Assembly (NCBI GenBank): GCA_050633305.1
Contig: JBOEGF010000024.1
Span: 1-64,000 of the forward strand
Source: Nannocystales bacterium
GTDB taxonomy: Bacteria; Myxococcota_A; Polyangia; Nannocystales; Nannocystaceae
Direction of reading: 5' to 3'
Length of the DNA stretch: 64,000 bases
The position numbers were made by a program, and so were the translations under genes. Shown here one piece after another: positions 46,264 through 55,426 of the stretch. Each line of letters begins with the position of its first letter. The first letter of the stretch is position 1. Under the pieces are notes generated by a model. It did no database searches. It saw only the letters and a list, made by a program, of their open reading frames with translations, and was not told where the DNA came from.

Positions 46264-47805
46264 ATGGTCGATGGTGTCGAGCGGGAAGGCGGCGCGTCTG
46301 CACCCGATGGCCAGGTGCCGATCATCCTGGTGTGCTCGACAGATGATGTGGAGCTTGCGGATACGGCAGCTGCGGGCCTGCGAAGCCGAGGCTTCGATGT
46401 TGCGGTGATGGGCGCGGCCGAGGATGGAAGTGCCCGGCTGGCGGAGGTCGTGCAGCGGTTTGAGCGCCAGGGCCTCTACGTCCTGTGCCGTGGCGGCCAA
46501 CTCGACCGCGACGGCATCGACAGACTTCGGGGCATGCTCCGCTCCGAGGACGTCCCGTTCGGCCGGACTCTGACGCTGGGAACCGGTCAGGGCGGAGCCC
46601 GTGGGTTGGAGGAGCGGGTTGTCTCCGTGGCTCGCCGAATGGTGACCGGTCGTTTCGAGCGCACCAATGCGGAGCTCGCCGACGACGAATCGCTGGCGGA
46701 TGCTGGGCCGCCAGGCGACGCCGACGCTGGGGTCGGGGCCGGCGAAGTGGACCGTTGGGCAGATTCTTTGGCGGATGGTGACGCTCCAGATGCCGATCTC
46801 GACTTCGGCGAGGAGTTGCCGACGCAAGTGGCCGAAACCCCGCTGCTTGGGTCGGAGCCGGGTTTCGATCCGGGCCCCGAGACCGACCCCTCGTTGACGC
46901 CCGGGCACGGCGGCGACTACGAACGCGTCGACACCACGTTGGTGACGCGGCACCCGATCACGTTTCCCGCGGCGAGTGAAGAGTCGTCCGCGCCGACCCC
47001 TGCAGCTGCTGCGCACACCCCCGTGTCCACGCCCACCCCCGAGGACGATGACATCGATGCGTCGGAGTTTTCCTCGGGTCCCAACCCCCGACTGGTCGTC
47101 GGTGGAGGACTTGCCCTCGTGTTGATCATCGCCCTCGTCATTGCGTTCTCCGGGTCCGACGACCCCGCCCCGTCCCCCGCCAACGCAACTGCAGACGCGG
47201 ATGCCGAAGTTGTCGCCGTTCACGAAGACGACAGCGCGGGGGAGGCGACCCCTCAGGACGCAGCCGCAAGCGACGTAAGGGCTCCGAGCGAGCCGGAGCC
47301 GGCGAAGCCGGCCGAGCCCGAGCCCGAGCCTGCGTCCGAGTCCGAGTCCGAGTCCGAGCCCGAGCCTGCTGAGGGCACGCGGCGCCCCCTCGCCCATCGC
47401 AGCAAGGTCGACCCGGCGCTCCTCGGAGACGCGGTGTTGTCGCCGACCGCACCCGAAGAGCGGGCTGCGATCGCCCAAGCTTTGGAGGAACGCGAGGTCC
47501 GCTCATGGAACGCATTCCTCATCGCGGGTGACGATGCGCCCAGCATGACCTTCAGTGATGCGGAGACCTTCTGTAAGACGCTGAGCGCAGGGGGGATTTC
47601 TGGGTGGCGGCTGCCCTCGGTCGGAGAGCTGCTGTCGATCACTGGGGCTAAGCTTCTCGACCGCAAGGGCGTGTTCTGGAGTGAGACGCCCGGGGACGCG
47701 TACGGCGACACCCGGCTGGTGGTGAACGCGAAGAAAGGCAGCACAAGTGCTGTCACGGTCGGTTGGGATGGCGCTCGGCCCGTGTGTGTACGCGTCCGCG
47801 AGTGA
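46264..47805 (+). CDS. Membrane protein with C-terminal DUF1566 (Lcl)-like domain
   Basis: One TM segment. MTFSDAETFC..L..GG..GWRLPSVGEL...FWS...VCVR. Confidence 0.75.
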   Translation: MVDGVEREGGASAPDGQVPIILVCSTDDVELADTAAAGLRSRGFDVAVMGAAEDGSARLAEVVQRFERQGLYVLCRGGQLDRDGIDRLRGMLRSEDVPFGRTLTLGTGQGGARGLEERVVSVARRMVTGRFERTNAELADDESLADAGPPGDADAGVGAGEVDRWADSLADGDAPDADLDFGEELPTQVAETPLLGSEPGFDPGPETDPSLTPGHGGDYERVDTTLVTRHPITFPAASEESSAPTPAAAAHTPVSTPTPEDDDIDASEFSSGPNPRLVVGGGLALVLIIALVIAFSGSDDPAPSPANATADADAEVVAVHEDDSAGEATPQDAAASDVRAPSEPEPAKPAEPEPEPASESESESEPEPAEGTRRPLAHRSKVDPALLGDAVLSPTAPEERAAIAQALEEREVRSWNAFLIAGDDAPSMTFSDAETFCKTLSAGGISGWRLPSVGELLSITGAKLLDRKGVFWSETPGDAYGDTRLVVNAKKGSTSAVTVGWDGARPVCVRVRE

Positions 47806-47854
47806 GCCCACACGCTTTGCGCAAACCCAAGGAAGCTGCCAAGCTTCGCAAACC

Positions 47855-49798
47855 ATGCGCGAGCACGGATACGGTCGATGGAGCGCGGTCCTTCTCGGTT
47901 TGGTGCTGAGCGCGTGTGGGCGGTCGGGTACGGAGCCCTTCCTCATCTCCGCAGCGGGCACCACGAGTGGCTCCTCGACGGGCGGAGACTCGACCTCTGA
48001 TTTCCCCGGGTCGAGCTCGTCCGGCTTTTTCGGCACCACGAGTAGCTCGGGGTTCTTCGGCTCGACGAGCTCGGACTCTGGTTCGTCTTCCGAGAGCAGC
48101 GGCAGCGGCAGCAGTGGTAGCAGCAGTTCCAGCTCCTCGACCGGAAATCCGGACTGCGACAACGGAGTCTGGGAGGGCAACACCAGTGTCGTCAACGAGG
48201 CTGAGCTCGCCTCGCTCCAGGGCTTCACCCACATCACCGGCAACCTCGTGCTGTTCGGAATCGACGGCGCGACGGACCTCGAGCCCCTCGAGTGTTTGGA
48301 GTCCGTCGGTGGGGTCGTCGAGATCCGCCAGAACCCAGACCTCACCAGCTTGCAGGGGCTCCATCGCCTGCAAAGCATCGCTGGGTTTCTGCACGTTGGG
48401 GACAACCCCGAACTGCTGGGTGTCGGCCTCGACAACCTGGCCTCGGTCGGGGACTTCCTCTTCATCCAGAACAACGCGTCGTTGCTCTCGCTCCTCGGGT
48501 TGAGTGACCTCGGCTCGGTCGGCGGCCGTCTGCGGGTGTGGAACAACGACAACCTCGCTTCGGTCGACGGGCTCGACAACCTGAGCGGGTCGGTCACCGG
48601 GGTGGAGATTGGCGAGAACTCCTTCCTGGAAAACCTCGACGCTCTGTCCGGACTCACGCAGGTCGCGGGCCCGGTCATCATCGAAGGAAACGGCTTCCTT
48701 TCCAACGTGTCCGGGCTCAGTGGGCTGAGCGGGAACCTCACCGGGATTCGGATTCAGCACAACTCGCAGCTGGGCAACTTCAACCCGTTGTCCGGGATCA
48801 CAAGCGTGGGTGGCTCTGGAGTTCGGGTTCAGGGCAACAACAACCTCAACAGCATCGGCGGCCTGGCCAACATCCAATCCATCGGTGGGAACCTGTGGAT
48901 CGAGAGCAACAACGGCTTGTCCTCCCTCGATGGTGCCGAGGCCGTGGAGGACGTGGGCGGCAGCGTCGTCGTGCGTACCAACGACAGCCTGATCGACGCC
49001 AGCGGCATCGCGGGTCTCCAAGACGTGAACTTCTGGCTCGTTGTCGAAGGCAACGCGCAGCTCGCTTCCCTCGACTTTCCCCAGCTGCAGTCGGTGGGCG
49101 GGATCATGAGCATTTCGTTCAACGCCTCGTTGCTGAGCCTCGGAGGCTTTCCGCAGCTCCAGGAAGTGGGGGAGCTCCTTCGCGTGCTGACCAACGGTTC
49201 GCTGGTCAGCATCAACGGATTCGGTGGACTCGAGTTCCTCGAAGGAGACCTGCGCATCGAGGGCAACCCGCAGCTTGCAACGGTCAACGGGTTCAACTCT
49301 TTGGAGGACGTCCAGGGACGAATCTCGGTGCAGAACAACGCCCAGCTGCTGCACGTCGATGGTCTGACAAACCTCGGGTTCGTGGGCGAGCGTGTCATCT
49401 TCATCAACAACGACGCCATGGTCCGTATCGACTTGGGCAGTCTCGACAACGTCGTCGGGGGGCTGCAGGTGCGCGAGAGCGACACGATCGTCGACATCTC
49501 GATGCCTCAGTTACAAACGGTGGGCGACTTCCTGTACTTGGGAGAAAACGCTTCGCTGCAGAATGCGGGCGACTTCGGTTCCCTGACCTCGGTCGGAGGG
49601 AACTTCACGGTTCGAAACAGCAACGTGCTCAACTCGGTGGCCGGGTTTGGCTCCCTGTCCACTGTGGGCGGAAACTTCGGGATCACGGGCAACCCGGCAC
49701 TCCCGACGTGCAACGCCCAGACGTTGTTGCTTCAGCTCATCGCCGTCGGCGGAACGACGACCATCTCCGGCAACCTCGCCGACGCTTGTGGAGCCTAG
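47855..49798 (+). CDS. Lipoprotein with receptor-L-domain-like leucine-rich repeats
   Basis: LSAC lipobox, Ser-rich linker, about 20 repeats of L..L..VGG.L.I..N..L. Confidence 0.85.
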   Translation: MREHGYGRWSAVLLGLVLSACGRSGTEPFLISAAGTTSGSSTGGDSTSDFPGSSSSGFFGTTSSSGFFGSTSSDSGSSSESSGSGSSGSSSSSSSTGNPDCDNGVWEGNTSVVNEAELASLQGFTHITGNLVLFGIDGATDLEPLECLESVGGVVEIRQNPDLTSLQGLHRLQSIAGFLHVGDNPELLGVGLDNLASVGDFLFIQNNASLLSLLGLSDLGSVGGRLRVWNNDNLASVDGLDNLSGSVTGVEIGENSFLENLDALSGLTQVAGPVIIEGNGFLSNVSGLSGLSGNLTGIRIQHNSQLGNFNPLSGITSVGGSGVRVQGNNNLNSIGGLANIQSIGGNLWIESNNGLSSLDGAEAVEDVGGSVVVRTNDSLIDASGIAGLQDVNFWLVVEGNAQLASLDFPQLQSVGGIMSISFNASLLSLGGFPQLQEVGELLRVLTNGSLVSINGFGGLEFLEGDLRIEGNPQLATVNGFNSLEDVQGRISVQNNAQLLHVDGLTNLGFVGERVIFINNDAMVRIDLGSLDNVVGGLQVRESDTIVDISMPQLQTVGDFLYLGENASLQNAGDFGSLTSVGGNFTVRNSNVLNSVAGFGSLSTVGGNFGITGNPALPTCNAQTLLLQLIAVGGTTTISGNLADACGA

Positions 49799-50041
49799 CA
49801 GGGTGAGGAAAAAGTCCCACGCAGTGCATGACGGTATCATCGCCATGCAGAGCTTCGTTTCTCATCGGTCACTGGTGTCCAGCCCGTGGTGAAATCCAAC
49901 ACGACGTCTCACCCGTCTTTTTCGCTCCTGGCGGCATCGCCAAAACTCCCAGTCCACGGGTTTCAGCAGCGTCTTGGCTCCGACCTCGGAACCAGAGCAA
50001 GCTCGCGATCCGCCGCGCTGGGTTTCGCCACGGACTGCTAG

Positions 50042-51466
50042 ATGTCGGGGTGGCTCCGCGAGCGCGCGCGTCCGTTGGCCGTGTATGTGTTTGCGGCGGT
50101 GGTGCTCGCCGTGCTCGCAGGAAAGTCGCTGGCGCGGCCCAGCGCGAACAACCACTTCGTGCACATGGCGAACGGGTGGCTCGAGGGGCGCCTGGAACAC
50201 GAGGGAAAGCCCCCGGGGTACTGCGACGCGAAGCGTCGGCGCGCAGGCAAATGCCGAAACCACCGGTACGATGACTGGGCCGTCCTTCGGACGCTCGAAC
50301 TCCCTGACGGGAAGACGGTGCGGGCGTTCCCGTGCCGGACGAAGCTCTGCAAGGATGCGCGACGGACCGAACGTGTCGAGACCTGGTACGTGACCGGACG
50401 CGGCTGGACCTCGTATCCGGTGGGCGAGGTCCGCCGAAAGGCTGAGACCTGGTACGTCAGTTTCCCCCCGGGGCCGGCTGCGATGATGCTCCCGGCGGTG
50501 GCGGTGTGGGGTCTGGATACGCCCGACGTCCTGCTCACGGTTCTTGTCGCGGCGTGCATCCCCGTCCTCCTCTTAGGATTCCTCGACCGCACCCGCGGCG
50601 CGGATGAGGGCAGGGGCATCGAGAATCTGCTGCTGGCTCTGGCCGTGGGCCTTGGCTCGCCCGCTTGTTTCCTCGGCGCCAACGGAAGTGTCTGGTTTAC
50701 GGCTCAGATCTTCGGCGCGCTCGCGCTGACGGCCTACCTGTCATGCGCGTGGGACCTACGTCGCCCGGCCTATGCGGGGCTGTGGCTGGGGATCGCGGTG
50801 GCCTGTCGTCCCACGATGGCTCTCGCGGTGCTGTTCTTCGCGTGGGAGTGGTGGCGCTGCGGTCGACCGATCCCCGCATTGACCCGGTTCGTGGGGCCCG
50901 TGCTTCTGGTCGGCTCGGCGTTGATGGCTCTGAACCTGGCGCGGTTTGATGCGCCGTTCGAGTTTGGCCACCGCTTCTTGGACATCCGGTGGCAGTCCCG
51001 CATCCAAACGTACGGGCTCTTCCACCCGCGGTACCTGCTGCGCAACCTCGAGTGCATGTTGTGGCTGCTGCCCAAGCAGGTTTGGCCGATGAAGGTCTCC
51101 TTGCACGGCAGCGCGCTGTGGGTGCTCTCGCCGTGGGTGCTCCTGGCGTTCGCAGTGCGCGGACGGTTCGCGCAGAAGTGGGGGCTGGTGCTCACGTTGC
51201 TCGCCCTGATGGTCCCCGCGTTGCTGTACCAAAACAGCGGGCAAACCCAGCCCACCTACCGCTTCGCGATGCTCTGGCTGCCCGTCCTGGCGGTCCTCAT
51301 GGGCCACGGCGGCGCCTTTCGGATGAAACGACTGGCAGTCGGCATGGTCGTGCTGTCGATCGCTGCGCAGAGCTTCGCGGCGTGGATGTTCGTTCGCGAC
51401 AAGGGCAAGTTGTTCGTCACCGACCCGCTTGGCTGGCCGTTCGAGTCTGAGTTTGACGACAGCTGA
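50042..51466 (+). CDS. Polytopic membrane protein, possibly GT-C-fold glycosyltransferase
   Basis: Many TM segments. WYVSFPPGPA, ACRP, LNLARF..PFEFG and YRF motifs. Confidence 0.65.
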   Translation: MSGWLRERARPLAVYVFAAVVLAVLAGKSLARPSANNHFVHMANGWLEGRLEHEGKPPGYCDAKRRRAGKCRNHRYDDWAVLRTLELPDGKTVRAFPCRTKLCKDARRTERVETWYVTGRGWTSYPVGEVRRKAETWYVSFPPGPAAMMLPAVAVWGLDTPDVLLTVLVAACIPVLLLGFLDRTRGADEGRGIENLLLALAVGLGSPACFLGANGSVWFTAQIFGALALTAYLSCAWDLRRPAYAGLWLGIAVACRPTMALAVLFFAWEWWRCGRPIPALTRFVGPVLLVGSALMALNLARFDAPFEFGHRFLDIRWQSRIQTYGLFHPRYLLRNLECMLWLLPKQVWPMKVSLHGSALWVLSPWVLLAFAVRGRFAQKWGLVLTLLALMVPALLYQNSGQTQPTYRFAMLWLPVLAVLMGHGGAFRMKRLAVGMVVLSIAAQSFAAWMFVRDKGKLFVTDPLGWPFESEFDDS

Positions 51467-51475
51467 GTTCGACGC

Positions 51476-51854
51476 CAGTTGGCAAAAAACGCCTTGCGTC
51501 CGGAGCAGAGCCGATCAAGCTGTGTTCCGGAGGCCGACCCATGTCCGTTGAATGCCATCGTCTCAAAGGATCGCTCCCGAGCTTTCGTCTCGGTCCGAGC
51601 TTGATTCCAGCAGACACGGTGGATTCGCGGGGGGCGTCAGACTCGATGTGGCGCGCCTGGCTGTGTGCGCCCCCCTGCGCCCTTCGCTAGCTCGCTCCCG
51701 ACTGCGGACCGAGCACCGCTTCTCGCCCAGCGCACTGTGTCCTCAGAGGGCCGTGGGTCGTGAGCGGCGGAGCGACGACGCGCTTGGGCTGTGTCTTGTC
51801 GACGCCCGCGAACTGTGTGCGGGCGCGCCCCGCCAATCCCTCGCTTTGCCACTG
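51476..51854 (+). ncRNA. Candidate structured RNA / leader upstream of HNH nuclease
   Basis: ~420-bp noncoding gap. Ends are complementary (CAGTTGGCAAA / TTTGCCACTG), with several internal helices. Not matched to a known family. Confidence 0.35.
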
Positions 51855-51885
51855 AAACAACCGACGGAAGACTGGAGATAGACCG

Positions 51886-52320
51886 ATGAACTGGACAAAG
51901 AACGAATACGACACCCTGACTAGCCGCCCGAGCCGGGATGCGCAGTTCTACCTGCAACGCCACCGTCGGCGTCATGGGCTGTGCATCGAGAGCGGCGGCG
52001 GCCGCCTCGCCCGGTTCGGGAAAATCGCTCGGTACAAGCAAACCTCGGTGCAGGACGTCGTCGCTGGACGGCTGGACCGAGTGTACGAGGCCGAATACAA
52101 CCACTACGTGTGGCGCGTCCGGCCTCAGTGTGCGTACTGCAACGAGGTCCTGACTCGCACCACGCTGACGCGTGACCATGTCGTTCCGCGAGCCGCCGGG
52201 GGTGGATCGGGACAGAATCTGGTGCCGGCATGTGGTCCGTGCAACCGGGCCAAGGCCGACCGTTCGCTGCTGGAGTTCTTGGTGGCACGTCGCGCGCGGT
52301 GGCGTGAGCGCATGAACTGA
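51886..52320 (+). CDS. HNH endonuclease (zinc-binding McrA/HNH_5 type) with Arg-rich N-terminal extension
   Basis: GGAG RBS. CAYC...TRDHVVPRAAGG...NLVPACGPCNRAK. Confidence 0.9.
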   Translation: MNWTKNEYDTLTSRPSRDAQFYLQRHRRRHGLCIESGGGRLARFGKIARYKQTSVQDVVAGRLDRVYEAEYNHYVWRVRPQCAYCNEVLTRTTLTRDHVVPRAAGGGSGQNLVPACGPCNRAKADRSLLEFLVARRARWRERMN

Positions 52321-52419
52321 CGCGGTTGCGGCGGCGTTCGAATCTCGGGGGTTGTCCCCGGGGCCGGACGTCGCCGCGTCTTCTCAGGCTCGGCCGGTCG
52401 ATGGGAGACGCGTCCCCGA

Positions 52420-52473
52420 ACCCGGCGGACCCAGCGGACCCAGCGGACCCGCCGGACCCAGCGGACCCGCCGG
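52420..52473. repeat. 9-bp tandem repeat, ~6 copies (CGGACCC-AG/GC)
   Basis: Intergenic, between the HNH gene and the convergent lipoprotein gene. Confidence 0.85.
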
Positions 52474-52496
52474 CGCCTGCCCTCCTCGCGACGGTG

Positions 52497-53093
52497 TTAG
52501 CCCTCGCTAATCTCCACCGAGTAGTCCACGACCATTCGGCTGCCCGCCCACGAGGGAAACTTGGACTCGTACACGGAGCGTCGTGCACAAGCACGGACGA
52601 TCGGTTGGTCGAGCTCGGGCGAGGGCAGGACCGAGACCGCGGAGACTTGACCGTTGGGCTCGAGCTCGAACTGGAAATCCAGGGCCCCCGTGCCCGCCGC
52701 TTCGAGATCGTAGCAGGCAGCGAGATCCAGACATTCGAACAGAGCGCCTTGCACGGTCAGAAGGTGCTCGTGCAGCTCGTGATCCTGAAGGAAGGCGTCG
52801 CCTTCGGCGCGGTTGTCTCGACGCCCGCGGTTGCGCCGATACTCCGGGATTTTCGAATCGTCGAGGAGCGCCTCGACCGGAGGGATCTCGCTCTGCGGAA
52901 ACGGACACTCCGCGGAGAGTCTCTCGTTCGTCGTCCCCTCATCGAGACTGTGCCTGGAAACCGTTCGGCCAGCGAGCACGAGGTCGTCGTCGCACAGCCC
53001 GAGCTCACACTCCGGAATACCGTCGCAGGCCCCGTTTGCGCACGGATCTGAGTCCTTTCGACCTGCGCACCCGGCCGCCAGAGCCACAGCCAT
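52497..53093 (-). CDS. Lipoprotein with AgmX/TonB-C-like C-terminal domain
   Basis: LAAGC lipobox, Cys-rich segment, GALDFQFELEPNGQV...VRACA....FP. Start uncertain. Confidence 0.7.
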   Translation of the reverse strand: MAVALAAGCAGRKDSDPCANGACDGIPECELGLCDDDLVLAGRTVSRHSLDEGTTNERLSAECPFPQSEIPPVEALLDDSKIPEYRRNRGRRDNRAEGDAFLQDHELHEHLLTVQGALFECLDLAACYDLEAAGTGALDFQFELEPNGQVSAVSVLPSPELDQPIVRACARRSVYESKFPSWAGSRMVVDYSVEISEG

Positions 53094-53284
53094 GACGACA
53101 AGTCCTGCTGCGTGAGTCGAGGCACCGATGCGCACCAAAGGACCATAACAGGTCCGCCCGTGCGCGAGCGCTCGATGAGCGTATCGAACCAAGTTTCGTC
53201 GGACATTGTGGGCGCCGATCGTACCCGTCGCGGCGACATGGCCGTCGGCCTTTCCGCAGGCTGCTGCTAGAGTCTCGTCTGCCG

Positions 53285-53899
53285 ATGCAGGACGACTTCG
53301 AACTCCTCGAGCAGTGGCGTGCGGGCAACACGACTGCAGGGAGCCAGCTGCTACAGCGCTACTTCGACAGCCTCTACCGGTTCTTCTCGAGCAAGGTCGA
53401 TGACGAAGTCGAGGATCTGATTCAAGGGACGCTACTCGCGTGTGTCCGCTACCAAAAATCACTCGACGGGGTGGAGAGCTTTCGGGCGTACCTCTTCACC
53501 GTCGCCCGCAACGAGCTGTTTCGGCACCTTCGCAAGCGGGCGAAACGCGACGTGGTGGATTTTAGCGACACGTCTGTGATCGCGCTCGGGGTCTCGCCGA
53601 CGTCTGCGGTGGCGCAACGACAGCAACAGGCGCGCCTCGTCGCGGGGCTGCGCACGCTCCCGGTCGAGCTTCAACTCGTGTTGGAGCTGCACTACTGGGA
53701 AGGTCTGAGCACCGCGGAACTCGCCGGGGTCATCGACGCGCCCCAAGGGACCGTGAAGAGCCGGCTGAGGCGCGCGCGTACGCTGCTGGCGGAGGCGATG
53801 GAGTCGGCGGAGGGTTCGGTCATCGATCAGCTGACCAGCCGCGACGTCGTGAACTCTTGGGTTCAGGCGATTCGTCGGACCGAGCGCGCGAGTGACTGA
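53285..53899 (+). CDS. ECF RNA polymerase sigma factor
   Basis: LYRFFSSK..EVEDLIQ, FRAYLFTVARN, LELHYWEGLS..ELA, GTVKSRLRRAR. Confidence 0.92.
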   Translation: MQDDFELLEQWRAGNTTAGSQLLQRYFDSLYRFFSSKVDDEVEDLIQGTLLACVRYQKSLDGVESFRAYLFTVARNELFRHLRKRAKRDVVDFSDTSVIALGVSPTSAVAQRQQQARLVAGLRTLPVELQLVLELHYWEGLSTAELAGVIDAPQGTVKSRLRRARTLLAEAMESAEGSVIDQLTSRDVVNSWVQAIRRTERASD

Positions 53900-54002
53900 G
53901 CCGAACCGGTCTCCGCGCGCGCGGGCGTGGTCCGCGGCGGCTCGGGTGAGCAGGCCGGCGGAACCTGGGGCGTGCTGCGTTGTCTCGTTGCCTGAGACCG
54001 CC

Positions 54003-54500
54003 ATGCCCAAAAAGAAGAAACGCGTCACCATTCCGCAGCTCGAGGTGGACCTCATTCCGGTCCTCAGTTGCATGTTCCTGCTCATTCCCGCGTTGCTGCT
54101 GGCGATGGAGGCAGCGAACTGGTCGTCGATTCCGGTCTCACCACCGCGCCATGTCGCGACGGGGGACCCCGGGCGCCCTACGGACCCACTGCTTCATCTT
54201 GCCGTCCAGGTCCGAGAAGACGGCTTTGCGGTGTCTTTGGATCGTTGCGCCGGCTGTGGCGACGCTCCGCAGGTGGTTGGCTTGGAGGGAGACGACGGAC
54301 TGGACGGTCTGCGAGAGGCCGCGGAGGGGATCAAGGCCAGCTATCCGTCGCTGGAGGACGTCCACCTGAGCGCGGAAGGGACGATCCCTCTGCAGACCCT
54401 GGTCGAGACCATGGACGTTCTTCGTGGAAGCCAATGCTCCTTGCTTCCGGGCGAAGAGGGCACCAACTGCCTGTTCCCCGGCGTCGTCATCGACGCCTGA
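54003..54500 (+). CDS. ExbD/TolR-like protein
   Basis: EVDLIPVLSCMFLLIPALL TM segment and LVETMD periplasmic motif. Confidence 0.8.
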   Translation: MPKKKKRVTIPQLEVDLIPVLSCMFLLIPALLLAMEAANWSSIPVSPPRHVATGDPGRPTDPLLHLAVQVREDGFAVSLDRCAGCGDAPQVVGLEGDDGLDGLREAAEGIKASYPSLEDVHLSAEGTIPLQTLVETMDVLRGSQCSLLPGEEGTNCLFPGVVIDA

Positions 54501-54550
54501 GGCGGAAAGGTCGCGCTCGATGTCGGCGGGCCCCCGACCGAGTTGGGCGC

Positions 54551-55180
54551 CTACTCGACGACGCGGTGGATGTACAGACCCGCCGCCGCGTTGACGCCGT
54601 TTTGGTCCGCAGCGCCGGAGCGCTCGAACGTGGAGTACTCCCCGTCGTTGTCCAGGTCGCCAAACGCCTGGGCGGTGAACTGGCACGCGCCGTACCCAGT
54701 GTTCGAGTTGCTCGAGATGTAGTCGTAGTGGAAGAAGTGCCCCTGCTCCATGCCGAAGTTGAGGGCGTTCCACATGGGGTTGGCACCCCACTCATCGATG
54801 TCGTACACGCCTGCGCCGCCGCCACCTTGCCCGGGCACACATCGTCCGCTCGGGCCGTCGTTGCAGTTCACTCCGGGCGTGAAGCCTGCGGAGCCCCCGG
54901 TCGGTGAGCCACTTGGGTGCGGGCAGCGGTGGGTGGCGCCGTCTGCGATGACCCCGCCGTCGCTGATCTGCGTGACCTCACCGCGGTCGACGCGGTCGCT
55001 GGTGAAGTACGCGTTCGTCGCGTCGAACAGCTTGGCCAGCTGCCCGCTCGCCTCCGCGGTTTTGACCCGGCGGATGTAGAGGGTCAGGGTGGGAATCGCA
55101 ATCGCGGCCAGGATTCCGAGGATCGCCACGACGATCATGAGTTCGATGAGCGTGAATCCGCGGTGGCTACGAGATCGCAT
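54551..55180 (-). CDS. Type IV pilin
   Basis: Prepilin cleavage motif G|FTLIELMIVVAILGILAAIAIP, KTAEA, and C-terminal AFGDLDND as in myxobacterial pilins. Confidence 0.93.
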   Translation of the reverse strand: MRSRSHRGFTLIELMIVVAILGILAAIAIPTLTLYIRRVKTAEASGQLAKLFDATNAYFTSDRVDRGEVTQISDGGVIADGATHRCPHPSGSPTGGSAGFTPGVNCNDGPSGRCVPGQGGGGAGVYDIDEWGANPMWNALNFGMEQGHFFHYDYISSNSNTGYGACQFTAQAFGDLDNDGEYSTFERSGAADQNGVNAAAGLYIHRVVE

Positions 55181-55236
55181 GATCATACCTTGCAAGACCC
55201 ACGGCGGTACCGGCCCGTAGGTGCATCCCCCGTCGT

Positions 55237-55253
55237 TGCACCTTTCCTGCCTA
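55237..55253 (-). promoter_or_regulatory. Sigma-54-type promoter of pilin gene
   Basis: AGGCAG-GAAAG-GTGCA (GG-N10-GC) with an adjacent A/T tract. Confidence 0.45.
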
Positions 55254-55426
55254 ACAAAAAAACAATGATCTTCGGCTTTCCGGCCGGCGAGTTCAGGCCT
55301 GAGGCGACAAAAGGCGTCCAGAAGTGCCGAAAATTGGCACGCCATAAGCGCACCAGAAGCGCGCTTCCGCCACCTGTATTTCGATACCCTGCGGGCAACT
55401 TGGCTGCTGACGAGTCCAGCTCTCGC

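Noticed and set aside
51886..52320. IscB/Cas9-like or group I intron homing nuclease
   Set aside because: The protein is only 144 aa with no RuvC or PLMP motifs, and no interrupted host gene or intron core was recognised.
52326..53051. 241-aa plus-strand ORF with PAD repeats
   Set aside because: It arises from the 9-bp intergenic repeat and the antisense of the lipoprotein gene.
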